From NCBI RefSeq assembly GCF_009914755.1, contig NC_060945.1: a stretch of 64,000 nucleotides of DNA, one strand, 5' to 3'. Below the pieces are notes generated by a model. That model was not told the DNA's origin, made no database searches, and worked only from the letters and a program-made list of their open reading frames with translations. A program made the translations under genes and the position numbers. Positions 43,901 through 58,500 of the stretch are shown here, one piece after another; the stretch's first letter is position 1; every line of letters starts with the position of its first letter. The DNA is from the human T2T-CHM13v2.0 reference genome, Homo sapiens.

Positions 43901-46900
43901 TATCTCTGCACAGATCACCCAGGTGATATAACTCTTCTCTAGGATCTGCCTACAGGGTGCTTTGTGACATATCCCTGCACTGATCACCCAGGTGATCTAA
44001 CACTGGTCTATGCTCTGCCTAAAGGGGAATTGTGACAGATCTCTGCACTGATCACTCAAGTGATGTAACTGTTGTCTAGGCTCTGCTTAAAGAGGCCTTG
44101 TCACATATCTCTGCACTGGTCACCCAGGTGATGTAACTCTTGTCTAGGCTCTGCTTCCAGGGCATATTGTGACATATCTATGCACTGATCACCTTAGTGA
44201 TGTAACCCTTGTGTAGGCTCGGCCTACAGGGGAATCTTGACCTATCTCTGCACTGTTAACCGAGGTGATTTAACTCTTGTCTAGGCTGTGCCCACAGGGG
44301 GATTGAGACATATCTCTGCACTGATCCCGAAGTGATCCAACTCTTGCCTAGTCTCTGCCTACTAGGGACATTGTGACATATCTCTGCACTGATCTCCCAG
44401 GTGCTGTAACTTTAGTCTAGGCTCTGGCTACACGGCATTGTGACATATCACTGCACTGATCACCCACGTGATGTAACTCTTGCCTAGGCTCTGCCTACAA
44501 TTGTCTTGTGACATATCTCTGCACTGATCACCCAGGTGATATAACTGTTCTCTAGGATCTGACCACAGGGTGCTTTGTGACATATCCTTGCAATGATCAC
44601 CCAGGTGATATAACTGTTCTCTAGGATCTGACCACAGGGTGTATTGTGACTTATCCCTGCAATGATCACCCAGGTGATATACCACTTGCCAAGGCTCTGC
44701 CTACAGGGGCATTGCAATGTATCTCTGCACTGATCACCTAGGTCTTGTATCTTTTTTCTAGGACCTGCCTACAGGGTGCTTTGTGACGTATCCCAGCAAG
44801 GATTACTCAGGTGTTGTACCTCTCATCAAGGCTCTGCCTGCAGGCACATTGCGATGTATCTCTGCACTGATCACCTAGGTCATGTAACTTTTGTCTACGC
44901 TCTGCCTACGATGGCATTGTGACATATCTCTGCCTAATCATCCAAATGATGTAGCTCTTGTCTAGGATCTGCCTAAATTAACTTTGTGACATAACCCTGT
45001 AGTGATCATCCAGGTGATGGGGCTTTTGATTAGGCTCTGCCTAAGGGGGCATTGTGACATATTTCTGCATTGATCACCCAGGTGGCGAACTCTTGTCTCG
45101 GATCTGACTATGGGGGCATTGTGACAAATCTCTGCACTGATCACCCAGGTGATGTAACTGTTGCGTAACCTCTGCCTACAGGGGAATTGTGAGAGATCTC
45201 GCCACTGATCACCCAAGTGATGTAACCATTGTCTAGGCTTTGCGTACAGGGTGCTTTGTGACATACCTTTGCACTGATCACCCAGGTGATGTAACACATC
45301 TAAGTTCGGCCTAAAGGAGCTTTGTGACATATCTCTGCACTCATCACTTAGGTGATGTAACACTTTTATAAGCACTGCCTACAGGGAATTTTGACAAATC
45401 TCTGCACTGATCACCTAGGTGATGTAACTCTTGTCTACCCTCTGTCCAACGGGGCATTGTGAAATATCTCTGCACTGATCACCCAGGTGATTCAACTCTT
45501 GACTAGGATCTGCCTACAGAGTTTATTGTGAAATATTTCTCCACTGATAAACTAAGTGGTGTAACCCTTGCCCATGCTCTGCCTACAGGGGCGTTTTCAC
45601 ATATCCCTGAAGTGATGACAAAGGTGATGTAACTTTGCCTAGGCTTTGCCTACAGGGGACATTGGACATATATCTGCACTGATCACCCAGGTGATGCAAC
45701 TCTTGCCTAGGCTTTGCCTACAGGGGACATTGTGACATATCTCTTCAATGATCACCCATGTGATGCAACTCTTCCCTAGGCTTTGCCTACAGGGGACATT
45801 GTGATATATCCCTGCACTGATCTCCCAGGGGCTGTAACTTTAGTCTAGGCTCTGGCTACACGGCATTGTGACATATCCCTGCACTGATCACCCGCGTGAT
45901 GTAACTCTTGCCTAGGCTCTGCCTACAATGGTCTTGTGACATATCTCTGCACTGATCACCCAGGTGATATAACTGTTCTCTAGGATCTGACCACAGGGTG
46001 CTTTGTGACATATCCCTGCAATGATCACCCAGGTGATATAACTGTTCTCTAGGATCTGACCACAGGGTGTTTTGTGACTTATCCCTGCAATGATCCCCCA
46101 GGTGATATACCACTTGCCAAGGCTCTGCCTACAGGGGCATTGCAATGTGTCTCTGCACTGATCACCTAGGTCTTGTAACTATTTTCTAGGATCTGCCTAC
46201 AGGGTGCTTTGTGACGTATCCCAGCAAGGATTACTCAGGTGCTGTACCTCTCATCAAGGCTCTGCCTGCAGGCACATTGCGATGTATCTCTGCACTGATC
46301 ACCTAGGTCATGTAACTTTTGTCTACGCTCTGCCTACGATGGCATTGTGACATATCTCTGCACTAATCATCCAAGTGATGTAACTCTTGTCTAGGATCTG
46401 CCTAAATTAACTTTGTGACATAACCCTGTAGTGATCATCCAGGTGATGGGGCTTTTATCTAGGCTCTGCCTAAGGGGGCATTGTGACATATTTCTGCATT
46501 GATCACCCAGGTGGCGAACCCTTCTCTTGGATCTGCCTATGGGGCATTGTGACAAATCTCTGCACTGATCACCCAGGTGATGTAACTGTTGTGTAACCTC
46601 TGCCTACAGGGGAATTGGGAGAAATCTCGCCACTGATCACCCAAGTGATGTAACCATTGTCTAGGCTTTGCTTACGGGGTGCTTTGTGACATACCTTTGC
46701 ACTGATCACCCAGGTGATGTAACACATCTAAGTTCGGCCTAAAGGAGCTTTGTGACATATCTCTGCACTCATCACTTAGGTGATGTAACACTTTTATAAG
46801 CACTGCCTTCAGGGAATTTTGACGAATGTCTGCACTGATCACCTAGGTGATGTAACTCTTGTCTACCCTCTGTCCAACGGTGCATTATGAAATATCTCTG

Positions 46901-49900
46901 CACTGATCACCCAGGTGATTCAACTCTTGACTAGGATCTGCCTACAGAGTTTATTGTGAAATATTTCTGCACTGATAAACTAAGTGGTGTAACCCTTGTC
47001 CAAGCTCTGCCTACAGGGGCGTTTTCACATATCCCTGAAGTGATGACAAAGGTGATGTAACTTTGCCTAGGCTTTGCCTACAGGGGACATTGGACATATA
47101 TCTGCACTGATCACCCAGGTGATGCAACTCTTGCCTAGGCTTTGCCTACAGGGGAAATTGTGACATATCTCTTCAATGATCACCCTTGTGATGCAACTCT
47201 TGCCTAGGCTTTGCCTACAGGGGACATTGTGACATATCTCTGCACTGATCTCCCAGGGGCTGTAACTTTAGTCTAGGCTCTGGCTACACGGCATTGTGAC
47301 ATATCACTGCACTGATCAACCAGGTGATATAACTCTTGTCTAGGCTCTGCCTCCAGGGGGCTTGTGACATATCTCTGCACTGATCACCCAGGTGATATTA
47401 CTCTCCTCTAGGATCTGCCTACAGGGTGCTTTGTGACATATCCCTGCACTGATCACCCAGGTGATCTAACACTGGTCTAAGCTCTGCCTAAAGGGGCATT
47501 TTGACAGATCTCTGCACTGATCGCTCAGGTGATGTAACTGTTGTCTAGGCTCTGCTTAAAGAGGCCTTGTCACATATCTCTGCACTGGTCACCCAGGTGA
47601 TGTAACTCTTGTCTAGGCTCTGCTTCCAGGGCATATTGTGACATATCTATGCACTGATCACCTTAGTGATGTAACCCTTGTGTAGGCTCGGCCTCCAGGG
47701 GAATCTTGACCTATCTCTGCACTGCTAACCGAGGTGATTTAACTCTTGTGTAGGCTGTGCCCACAGGGGGATTGAGACATATCTCTGCACTGATCCCGAA
47801 GTGATCCAACTCTTGCCTGGTCTCTGCCTACTAGGGACATTGTGACATATCTCTGCACTGATCACCCAGGTGATATAACTGTTCTCTAGGATCTGACCAC
47901 AGGGTGCTTTGTGACATATCCCTGCAATGATCACCCAGGTGTTATAACTGTTCTCTAGGATCTGACCACAGGGTGTTTTGTGACTTATCCCTGCAATGAT
48001 CACCCAGGTGATATACCACTTGCCAAGGCTCTGCCTACAGGGGAATTGCAATGTATCTCTGCACTGATCACCTAGGTCTTGTAACTCTTTTCTAGGATCT
48101 GCCTACAGGGTGCTTTGTGATGTATCCCAGCAAGGATTACTCAGGTGCTGTACCTCTCATCAAGGCTCTGCCTGCAGGCACATTGCGATGTATCTCTGCA
48201 CTGATCACCTAGCTCATGTAACTTTTGTCTACGCTCTGCCTACGATGGCATTGTGACATATCTCTGCACTAATCATCCAAATGATGTAACTCTTGTCTAG
48301 GATCTGCCTAAATTAACTTTGTGACATAACCCTGTAGTGATCATCCAGGTGATGGGGCTTTTGTCTAGGCTCTGCCTAAGGGGGCATTGTGACATATTTC
48401 TGCATTGATCACCCAGGTGGCGAACTCTTGTCTCGGATCTGCCTATGGGGGCATTGTGACAAATCTCTGCACTGATCACCCAGGTGATGTAACTGTTGTG
48501 TAACCTCTGCCTACAGGGGAATTGTGAGAGATCTCGCCACTGATCACCCAAGTGATGTATCCAGTGTCTAGGCTTTGCGTACAGGGTGCTTTGTGACATA
48601 CCTTTGCACTGATCACCCAGGTGATGTAACACATCTAAGTTCGGCCTAAAGGAGCTTTGTGACATATCTCTGCACTCATCACTTAGGTGATGTAACACTT
48701 TTATAAGCACTGCCTACAGGGAATTTTGACGAATCTCTGCACTGATCACCTAGGTGATGTAACTCTTGTCTACCTTCTGTCCAACGGGGCATTGTGAAAT
48801 ATCTCTGCACTGATCACCCAGGTGATTCAACTCTTGACTAGGATCTGCCTACAGAGGTTATTGTGAAATATCTCTGCACTGATAAACTAAATGGTGTAAA
48901 CCTTGTCCAAGCTCTGCCTACAGGGGCGTTTTCACATATCCCTGAAGTGATGACAAAGGTGATGTAACTTTGCCTAGGCTTTGCCTACAGGGGACATTGG
49001 ACATATATCTACACTGATCACCCAGGTGATGCAACTCTTGCCTAGGCTTTGCCTACAGGGGACATTGTGACATATCTCTTCAATGATCACCCATGTGATG
49101 CAACTCTTGCCTAGGCTTGGCCTACAGGGGACATTGTGTCATATCTCTGCACTGATCTCCCAGGGGCTGTAACTTTAGTCTAGGCTCTGGCTACACGGCA
49201 TTGTGACATATCACTGCACTGATCAACCAGGTGATATAACTCTTGTCTAAGCTCTGCCTCCAGGGGGCTTGTGACATATCTCTGCACTGATCACCCAGGT
49301 GATATAACTCTTCTCTAGGATCTGCCTACAGGGTGCTTTGTGACATATCCCTGCACTGATCACCCAGGTGATCTAACACTGGTCTAAGCTCTGCCTAAAG
49401 GGGCATTGTGACAGATCTCTGCACTGATCACTCAGGTGATGTAACTGTTGTCTAGGCTCTGCTTAAAGAGGCCTTGTTACATATCTCTGCACTGGTCACC
49501 CAGGTGATGTAACTCTTGTCTAGGCTCTGCTTCCAGGGCATATTGTGACATATCTATGCACTGATCACCTTAGTGATGTAACCCTTGTGTAGGCCCGGCC
49601 TACAGGGGAATCTTGACCTATCTCTGCACTGTTAACCGAGGTGATTTAACTCTTGTCTAGGCTGTGCCCACAGGGGGATTGAGACATATCTCTGCACTGA
49701 TCCCGAGGTGATCCAACTCTTGCCTGGTATCTGCCTACTAGGGACATTGTGACATATCTCTGCACTGATCTCCCAGGTGCTGTAACTTTAGTCTAGGCTC
49801 TGGCTACACGGCATTGTGACATATCTCTGCACTGATCACCCACGTGATGTAACTCTTGCCTAGGCTCTGCCTACAATGGTCGTGTGACATATCTCTGCAC

Positions 49901-52500
49901 TGATCACCCAGGTGATATAACTGTTCTCTAGGATCTGACCACAGGGTGCTTTGTGACATATCCCTGCAATGATCACCCAGGTGATATAACTGTTCTCTAG
50001 GATCTGAACACAGGGTGTTTTGTGACTTATCCCTGCAATGATCACCCAGGTGATATACCACTTGCCAAGGCTCTGCTTACAGGGGAATTGCAATGTATCT
50101 CTGCACTGATCACCTAGGTCTTGTAACTCTTTTGTAGGATCTGCCTACAGGGTGCTTTGTGACGTATCCCAGCAAGGAGTACTCAGGTGCTGTACCTCTC
50201 ATCAAGGTTCTGCCTGCAGGCACATTGCGATGTATCTCTGCACTGATCACCTAGGTCATGTAACTTTTGTGTACGCTCTGCCTACGATGGCATTGTGACA
50301 TATCTCTGCACTAATCATCCAAGTGATGTAACTCTTGTCTAGGATCTGCCTAAATTAACTTTGTGACATAACCCTGTAGTGATCATCCAGGTGATGGGGC
50401 TTTTGTCTAGGCTCTGCCTAAGGGGGCATTGTGACATATTTCTGCATTGATCACCCAGGTGGCGAACTCTTCTCTCGGATCTGCATATGGGGTCATTGTG
50501 ACAAATCTCTGCACTGATCACCCAGGTGATGTAACTGTTGTGTAACCTCTGCCTACAGGGGAATTGTGAGAGATCTCGCCACTGATCACTCAAGTGATGT
50601 AACCATTGTCTAGGCTTTGCTTACAGGGTGCTTTGTGACATACCTTTGCACTGATCACCCAGGTGATGTAACACATCTAAGTTCGGCCTAAAGGAGCTTT
50701 GTGACATATCTCTGCACTCATCACTTAGGTGATGTAACACTTTTATAAGCACTGCCTACAGGGAATTTTGACGAATCTCTGCACTGATCACCTAGGTGAT
50801 GTAACTCTTGTCTACCCTCTGTCCAACGGGGCATTGTGAAATATCTCTGCACTGATCACCCAGGTGATTCAACTCTTGACTAGGATCTGCCTACAGAGGT
50901 TATTGTGACATATTTCTGCACTGATAAACTAAGTGGTGTAACCCTTGTCCAAGCTCTGCCTACAGGGGCGTTTTCACATATCACTGAAGTGATGACAAAG
51001 GTGATGTAACTCTTGCCTAGGCTTTGCCTACAGGGGACATTGGACATATATCTGCACTGCTCACCCAGGTGATGCAACTCTTGCCTAGGCTTTGCCTACA
51101 GGGGACATTGTGACATATCTCTTCAATGATCACCCATGTGATGCAACTCTTGCCTAGGCTTTGCCTACAGGGGACATTGTGACATATCTCTGCACTGATC
51201 ACTTAGGTGATGTAACACTTTTATAAGCACTGCCTACAGGGAATTTTGACGAATCTCTGCACTGATCACCTAGGTGATGTAACTCTTGTCTACCCTCTGT
51301 CCAACGGGGCATTGTGAAATATCTCGGCACTGATCACCCAGGTGATTCAACTCTTGACTAGGATCTGCCTACAGAGTTTATTGTGAAATATCTCTGCACT
51401 TATAAACTAAGTGGTGTAACCCTTATCCTAGCTCTGCCTACAGGGGCGTTTTCACATATCCCTGAAGTGATGACAAAGGTGATGTAAATTTGCCTAGGCT
51501 TTGCCTACAGGGGACATTGGACATATATCTGCACTGATCACCCAGGTGATGCAACTCTTGCCTAGGCTTTGCCTACAGGGGACATTGTGACATATCTCTT
51601 CAATGATCACCCATGTGATGCAACTCTTGCCTAGGCTTTGCCTAGAGGGGACATTGTGACATATCTCTGCACTGACCTCCCAGGGGCTGTAACTTTAGTC
51701 TAGGCTCTGGCTACACGGCATTGTGACATATCACTGCACTGATCAACCAGGTGATATAACTCTTTTCTAGGCTCTGCCTCCAGGGGGCTTGTGACATAAC
51801 ACTGCACTGATCACCCAGGTGATATAACTCTTCTCTAGGATCTGCCTACAGGGTGCTTTGTGACATATCACTGCACTGATCACCCAGGTGATCTAACACT
51901 GGTCTAAGCTCTGCCTAAAGGGGCATTGTGACAGATCTCTGCACTGATCACTCAGGTGATGTAACTGTTGTCTGGGCTCTGCGTAAAGAGGCCTTGTCAC
52001 ATATCTCTGCACTGGTCACCCAGGTGATGTAACTCTTGTCTAGGCTCTGCTTCCAGGGCATATTGTGACAAATCTATGCACTGATCACCTTAGTGATGTA
52101 ACCCTTGTGTAGGCTCGGCCTACAGGGGAATCTTGACCTATCTCTACACTGTTAACCGAGGTGATTTAACTCTTGTCTAGGCAGTGCGGACAGGGGGATT
52201 GAGACATATCTCTGCACTGATCCCGAAGTGATCCAACTCTTGCCTGGTCTCTGCCTACTAGGGACATTGTGACATAACTCTGCACTGATCTCCCAGGTGC
52301 TGTAACTTTAGTCTAGGCTCTGGCTACACGGCATTGTGACATATCTCTGCACTGATCACCCACGTGATGTAACTCTTGCCTAGGCTCTGCCTACAATGGT
52401 CTTGTGACATATCTCTGCACTGATCACCCAGGTGATATAACTGTTCTCTAGGATCTGACCACAGGGTGTTTTGTGACTTATCCCTGCAATGATGACCCAG
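16900..52500. repeat. Beta satellite higher-order repeat, subfamily A: 2042-bp 30-mer with length variants
   Basis: A once-per-unit marker (the motif just before gcctaaattaactttgtgacataaccctgta) lies at 17872, 19913, 21411, 22910, 24613, 26655, 28697, 30739, 32781, 34823, 36865, 38838, 40880, 42922, 44962, 46391, 48297 and 50339. Modal spacing is 2042, or 30 x 68. This is consistent with the ~2-kb acrocentric beta-satellite HOR class (recalled, not verified). Confidence 0.95.
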
Positions 52501-55500
52501 GTGATATACCATTTGCCAAGGCTCTGCCTACAGGGGCATTGTAATGTATCTCTGCACTGATCACCTAGGTCTTGTAACTCTTTTCTAGGATCTGCCCACA
52601 GGGTGCCTTGTGACGTATCCCAGCAAGGATTACCCAGGTGATGTACCTCTCATCAAGGCTCTGCCTACAGGCACATTGCGATGTCTCTCTGCACTGATCA
52701 CCTAGGTCATGTAACTTTTGTCTAGGCTCTGCCTACGATGGCATTGTGACATATCTCTGCACTAATCATCCAAGTGATGTAACCATTGTCTAGGATCTGC
52801 CTAAATTAACTTTGTGACATAACCCTGTACTGCTCATCCAGGTGATGGGGCTTTTGTCTAGGCTCTGCCTGAGGGGGCATTGTGACATATTTCTGCATTG
52901 ATCACCCAGGTGGCGAACTCTTCTCTTGGATCTGCCTATGGGGGCATTGTGACAAATCTCTGCACTGATCACCCAGGTGATGTAACTGTTGTGTAACCTC
53001 TGCCTACAGGGGAATTGTGAGAGATCTCGCCACTGATCACCCAAGTGATGTAACCATTGTCTAGGCTTTGCGTACAGGGGGCTTTGTGACATACCTTTGC
53101 ACTGATCACCCAGGTGATGTAACACATGTAAGTTCGGCCTAAAGGAGCTTTGTGACATATCTCTGCACTGATCACTTGGGTGATGGAACACTTTTATAAG
53201 CATTGCCTACAGGGAATTTTGGCAAATCTCTGCACTGGTCACCTAGGTGATGTAACGCTTGTCTACCCTCTGTCCAACGGGGCATTGTGAAATATCTCTG
53301 CACTGATAACCCAGGTGATTCAACTCTTGACTAGGATCTGCCTACAGAGGTTATTGTGAAATATCTCTGCACTGATAAACTAGGTGGTGTAATCCTTATC
53401 GAAGCTCTGTGTACAGGGGCGTTTTCACATATCCCTGAAGTGATGACAAAGGTGATGTAACTCTTGCCTAGGCTTTGCCTACAGGAGACATAGGACATAT
53501 ATCTGCACTGATCACCCAGGTGATGCAACTCTAGCCTAGGCTTTGCCTACAGGGGACATTGTGACATATCTCCGCTGATCTCCCAGGTGTTGTAACATTA
53601 GTCTAGACCCTGGCTGCACGGCATTGTGACATATCACTGCACTGATCAACCAGGTGATATAACTCTTGTCTAGGCTATGCCTACAGGGGGCTTGTGACAT
53701 ATCTCTGCACTGATCACCCAGGTGATATAACTCTTCTCTAGGATCTGCCTACAGGGTGCTTTGTGACATATCCCTGCAATGATCACCCAGGTGATCTAAC
53801 ACTTGTTTAAGCTCTGCCTAAAGGCGCATTGTGACAGATCTCTGCACTGATCACTCAGGTGATGTAACTATTGCCTAGGCTCTGCTTAAAGGGGCCTTGT
53901 CACATATCTCTGCAATGATCACCCAGGTGATGTAACTCTTGTCTAGCCTCTGCTTTCACGGCATATTGTGACATATCTAGGCGCTGATCACCTTAGTGAT
54001 GTAACACTTGTGTAGGCTCGGCCTACAGGGGAATATTGACAAATCTCTGCACTGTTAAACGAGGTGATTTAACTCTTGTCTAGGCTGTGCCCACAGGGGG
54101 ATTGAGACATATCTCTGCACTGATCCCGAGGTGATCCAACTGTTGCCTGGTCTCTGCCTACTGGGGACATTGTGACATATCTCTGCACTGATCTCCCAGG
54201 TGCTGTAACTTTAGTCTAGGCTCTGGCTACACGGAATTGTGACATATCACTGCACTGATCACCCAGGTGATATAAATCTTGTCTAGGCTCTGCCTACAAT
54301 GGCCTAGTGACATATCTCTGCACTGATCACCCAGGTGATATAACTCTTCTCTAGGATCTGACCACAGGGTGCTTTGTGGCATTTCCCTGCAATGATCACC
54401 CAGGTGATATACCACTTACCAAGGCTCTGCCTACAGGGGCATTGCAATGTATCTCTGCACTGATCACCTCGGTCTTGTAACTCTTTTATAGGATCTGCCC
54501 ACAGGGTGCCTTGTGACGTATCCCAGCAAGGATTACCCAGGTGATGTACCTCTCATCAAGGCTCTGCCTACAGGCACATTGCGATGTATCTCTGCACTGA
54601 TCACCTAGGTCATGTAACTTTTGTCTAGGCTCTGCCTACGATGGCATTGTGACATATCTCTGCACTAATCATCCAAGTGATGTAACCCTTGTCTAGGATC
54701 TGCCTAAAGTAACTTTGTGACATAACCCTGTACTGATCATCCAGGTGATGGGGCTTTTGTCTAGGCTCTGCCTAAGGGGGCATTGTGACATATTTCTGCA
54801 TTGATCACCCAGGTGGCGAACTCTTCTCTTGGATCTGCCTATGGGGGCATTGTGACAAATCTCTGCACTGATCACCCAGGTGATGTAACTGTTGTGTAAC
54901 CTCTGCCTACAGGAGAATTGTGAGAGATCTCGCCACTGATCACCCAAGTGATGTAACCATTGTCTAGCCTTTGCGTACAGAGGGCTTTGTGACATACCTT
55001 TGCACTGATCACCCAGGTGATGTAACACATCTAAGTTCGGCCTAAAGGAGCTTTGTGACATATCTCTGCACTGATCACTTAGGTGATGTAACACTTTTAT
55101 AAGCACTGCCTACAGGGAATTTTGACAAATCTCTGCACTGGTCACCTAGGTGATGTAACGCTTGTCTACTCTCTGTCCAACGGGGCATTGTGAAATATCT
55201 CTGCACTGATCACCCAGGTGATTCAACTCTTGACTAAGATCTGCCTACAGAGGTTATTGTGAAATATCTCTGCACTGATAAACTAGGTGGTGTAATCCTT
55301 ATCGAAGCTCTGCCTACAGGGGCGTTTTCACATATCCCTGAAGTGATGACAAAGGTGATGTAACTGTTGCCTATGCTTTGCCTACAGGGGACATAGGACA
55401 TATATCTGCACTGATCACCCAGGTGATGCAACTCTAGCCTAGGCTTTGCCTACAGGGGACATTGTGACATATCTCTGCACTGATCTCCCAGGTGCTGTAA

Positions 55501-58500
55501 CATTAGTCTAGACCCTGGTTGCACGGCATTGTGACATATCACTGCACTGATCAACCAGGTGATATAACTCTTCTCTAGGCTCTGCCTACAGGGGGCTTGT
55601 GACATATTTCTGCACTGATCACCCAGGTGATATAACTCTTCTCTAGGATCTGCCTACAGGGTGCTTTGTGACATATCCCTGCAATGATCACCCAGGTGAT
55701 CTAACACTTGTTTAAGCTCTGCCTAAAGGGGCATTGTGACAGATCTCTGCACTGATCACTCAGGTGATGTAACTATTGTCTAGGCTCTGCTTAAAGGGGC
55801 CTTGTCACATATCTCTGCACTGATCACCCAGGTGATGTAACTCTTGTCTAGCCTCTGCTTTCACGGCATATTGTGACATATCTAGGCGCTGATCACCTTA
55901 GTGATGTAACACTTGTGTAGGCTCGGCCTACAGGGGAATATTGACAAATCTCTGCACTGTTAAACGAGGTGATTTAACTCTTGTCTAGGCTGTGCCCACA
56001 GGGGGATTGAGACATATCTCTGCACTGATCCCGAGGTGATCCAACTGTTGCCTGGTCTCTGCCTACTGGGGACATTGTGACATATCTCTGCACTGATCTC
56101 CCAGGTGCTGTAACTTTAGTCTAGGCTCTGGCTACACGGCATTGTGACATATCACTGCACTGATCACCCAAGTGATATAAATCTTGTCTAGGTTCTGCCT
56201 ACAATGGCCTTGTGACATATCTCTGCACTGATCACCCAGGTGATATAACTCTTCTCTAGGATCTGACCACAGGGTGCTTTGTGGCATTTCCCTGCAATGA
56301 TCACCCAGGTGATATACCACTTGCCAAGGCTCTGCCTACAGGGGCATTGCAATGTATCTCTGTACTGATCACCTCGGTCTTGTAACTCTTTTCTAGGATC
56401 TGCCCACAGGGTGCCTTGTGACGTATCCCAGCAAGGATTACCCAGGTGATGTACCTCTCATCAAGGCTCTGCCTACAGGCACATTGCGATGTATCTCTGC
56501 ACTGTTCACCTAGGTCATGTAACTTTTGTCTAGGCTCTGCCTACGATGGCATTGTGACATATCTCTGCACTAATCATCCAAGAGATGTAACCCTTGTCTA
56601 GGATCTGCCTAAATTAACTTTGTGACATAATCCTGTACTGATCATCCAGGTGATGGGGCTTTTGTCTAGGCTCTGCCTAAGGGGGCATTGTGACATATTT
56701 CTGCATTGATCACCCAGGTGGCGAACTCTTCTCTTGGATCTGACTATGGGGGCATTGTGACAAATCTCTGCACTGATCACCCAGGTGATGTAACTGTTGT
56801 GTAACCTCTGCCTACAGGAGAATTGTGAGAGATCTCGCCACTGATCACCCAAGTGATGTAACCATTGTCTAGCCTTTGCGTACAGAGGGCTTTGTGACAT
56901 ACCTTTGCACTGATCACCCAGGTGATGTAACACATCTAAGTTCGGCCTAAAGGAGCTTTGTGACATATCTCTGCACTGATCACTTAGGTGATGTAACACT
57001 TTTATAAGCACTGCCTACAGGGAATTTTGACAAATCTCTGCACTGGTCACCTAGGTGATGTAACGCTTGTCTACCCTCTGTCCAACGGGGCATTGTGAAA
57101 TATCTCTGCACTGATCACCCAGGTGATTCAACTCTTGACTAGGATCTGCCTACAGAGGTTATTGTGAAATATCTCTGCACTGATAAACTAGGTGGTGTAA
57201 TCCTTATCGAAGCTCTGCCTACAGGGGCGTTTTCACATATCCCTGAAGTGATGACAAAGGTGATGTAACTCTTGTCTAGGCTTTGCCTACAGGGGACATA
57301 GGACATATATCTGCACTGATCACCCAGGTGATGCAACTCTAGCCTAGGCTTTGCCTACAGGGGACATTGTGACATATCGCTTCAATGATCACCCATGTGA
57401 TGCAACACTTGCCTTGGCTTTGCCTACAGGGGACATTGTGACATATCTCTGCACTGATCTCCCAGGTGCTGTAACATTAGTCTAGACTCTGGCTACACGG
57501 CATTGTGACACATCACTGCACTGATCAACCAGGTGATATAACTCTTGTCTAGGACCTGCCTACAGGGGGCTTGTGACATATCTTTGCACTGATCACCCAG
57601 GTGATATAACTCTTCTCTAGGATCTGCCTACAGGGTGCTTTGTGACATATCCCTGCAATGATCACCCAGGTGATCTAACTCTTGTTTAAGCTCTGCCTAA
57701 AGGGGCATTGTGACAGATCTCTGCACTGATCACTCAGGTGATGTAACTGTTGTCTAGGCTCTGCTTAAAGGGGCCTTGTCACATACCTCTGCACTGATCA
57801 CCCAGGTGATGTAACTCTTGTCTAGCCTCTGCTTTCACGGCATATTGTGACATATCTATGCGCTGGTCACCTTTGTGATGTAACACTTGTGTAGGCTCGG
57901 CCTTCAGGGGAATATTGACATATCTCTGCCCTGTTAACCGAGGTGATTTAACTCTTGTCTAGGCTGTGCCCACAGGGGGATTGAGACATATCTCTGCACT
58001 GATCCCGAGGTGATCCAACTGTTGCCTGGTCTCTGCCTACTGGGGACATTGTGACATATCTCTGCACTGATCTCTCAGGTGCTGTAACTTTAGTCTAGGC
58101 TCTGGCTACACGGCATTGTGACATATCACTGCACTGATCACCCAGGTGATATAAATCTTGTCTAGGCTCTGCCTACAATGGCCTTGTGACGTATCTCTGC
58201 ACTGATCACCCAGGTGATATAACTCTTCTCTAGGATCTGACCACAGGGTGCTTTGTGGCATTTCCCTGCAATGATCACCCAGGTGATATACCACATGCCA
58301 AGGCTCTGCCTACAGGGGCATTGCAATGTATCTCTGCACTGATCACCTCGGTCTTGTAACTCTTTTCTAGGATCTGCCCACAGGGTGCCTTGTGACGTAT
58401 CCCAGCAAGGATTACCCAGGTGATGTACCTCTCATCAAGGCTCTGCCTACAGGCACATTGCGATGTCTCTCTGCACTGATCACCTAGGTCATGCAACTTT

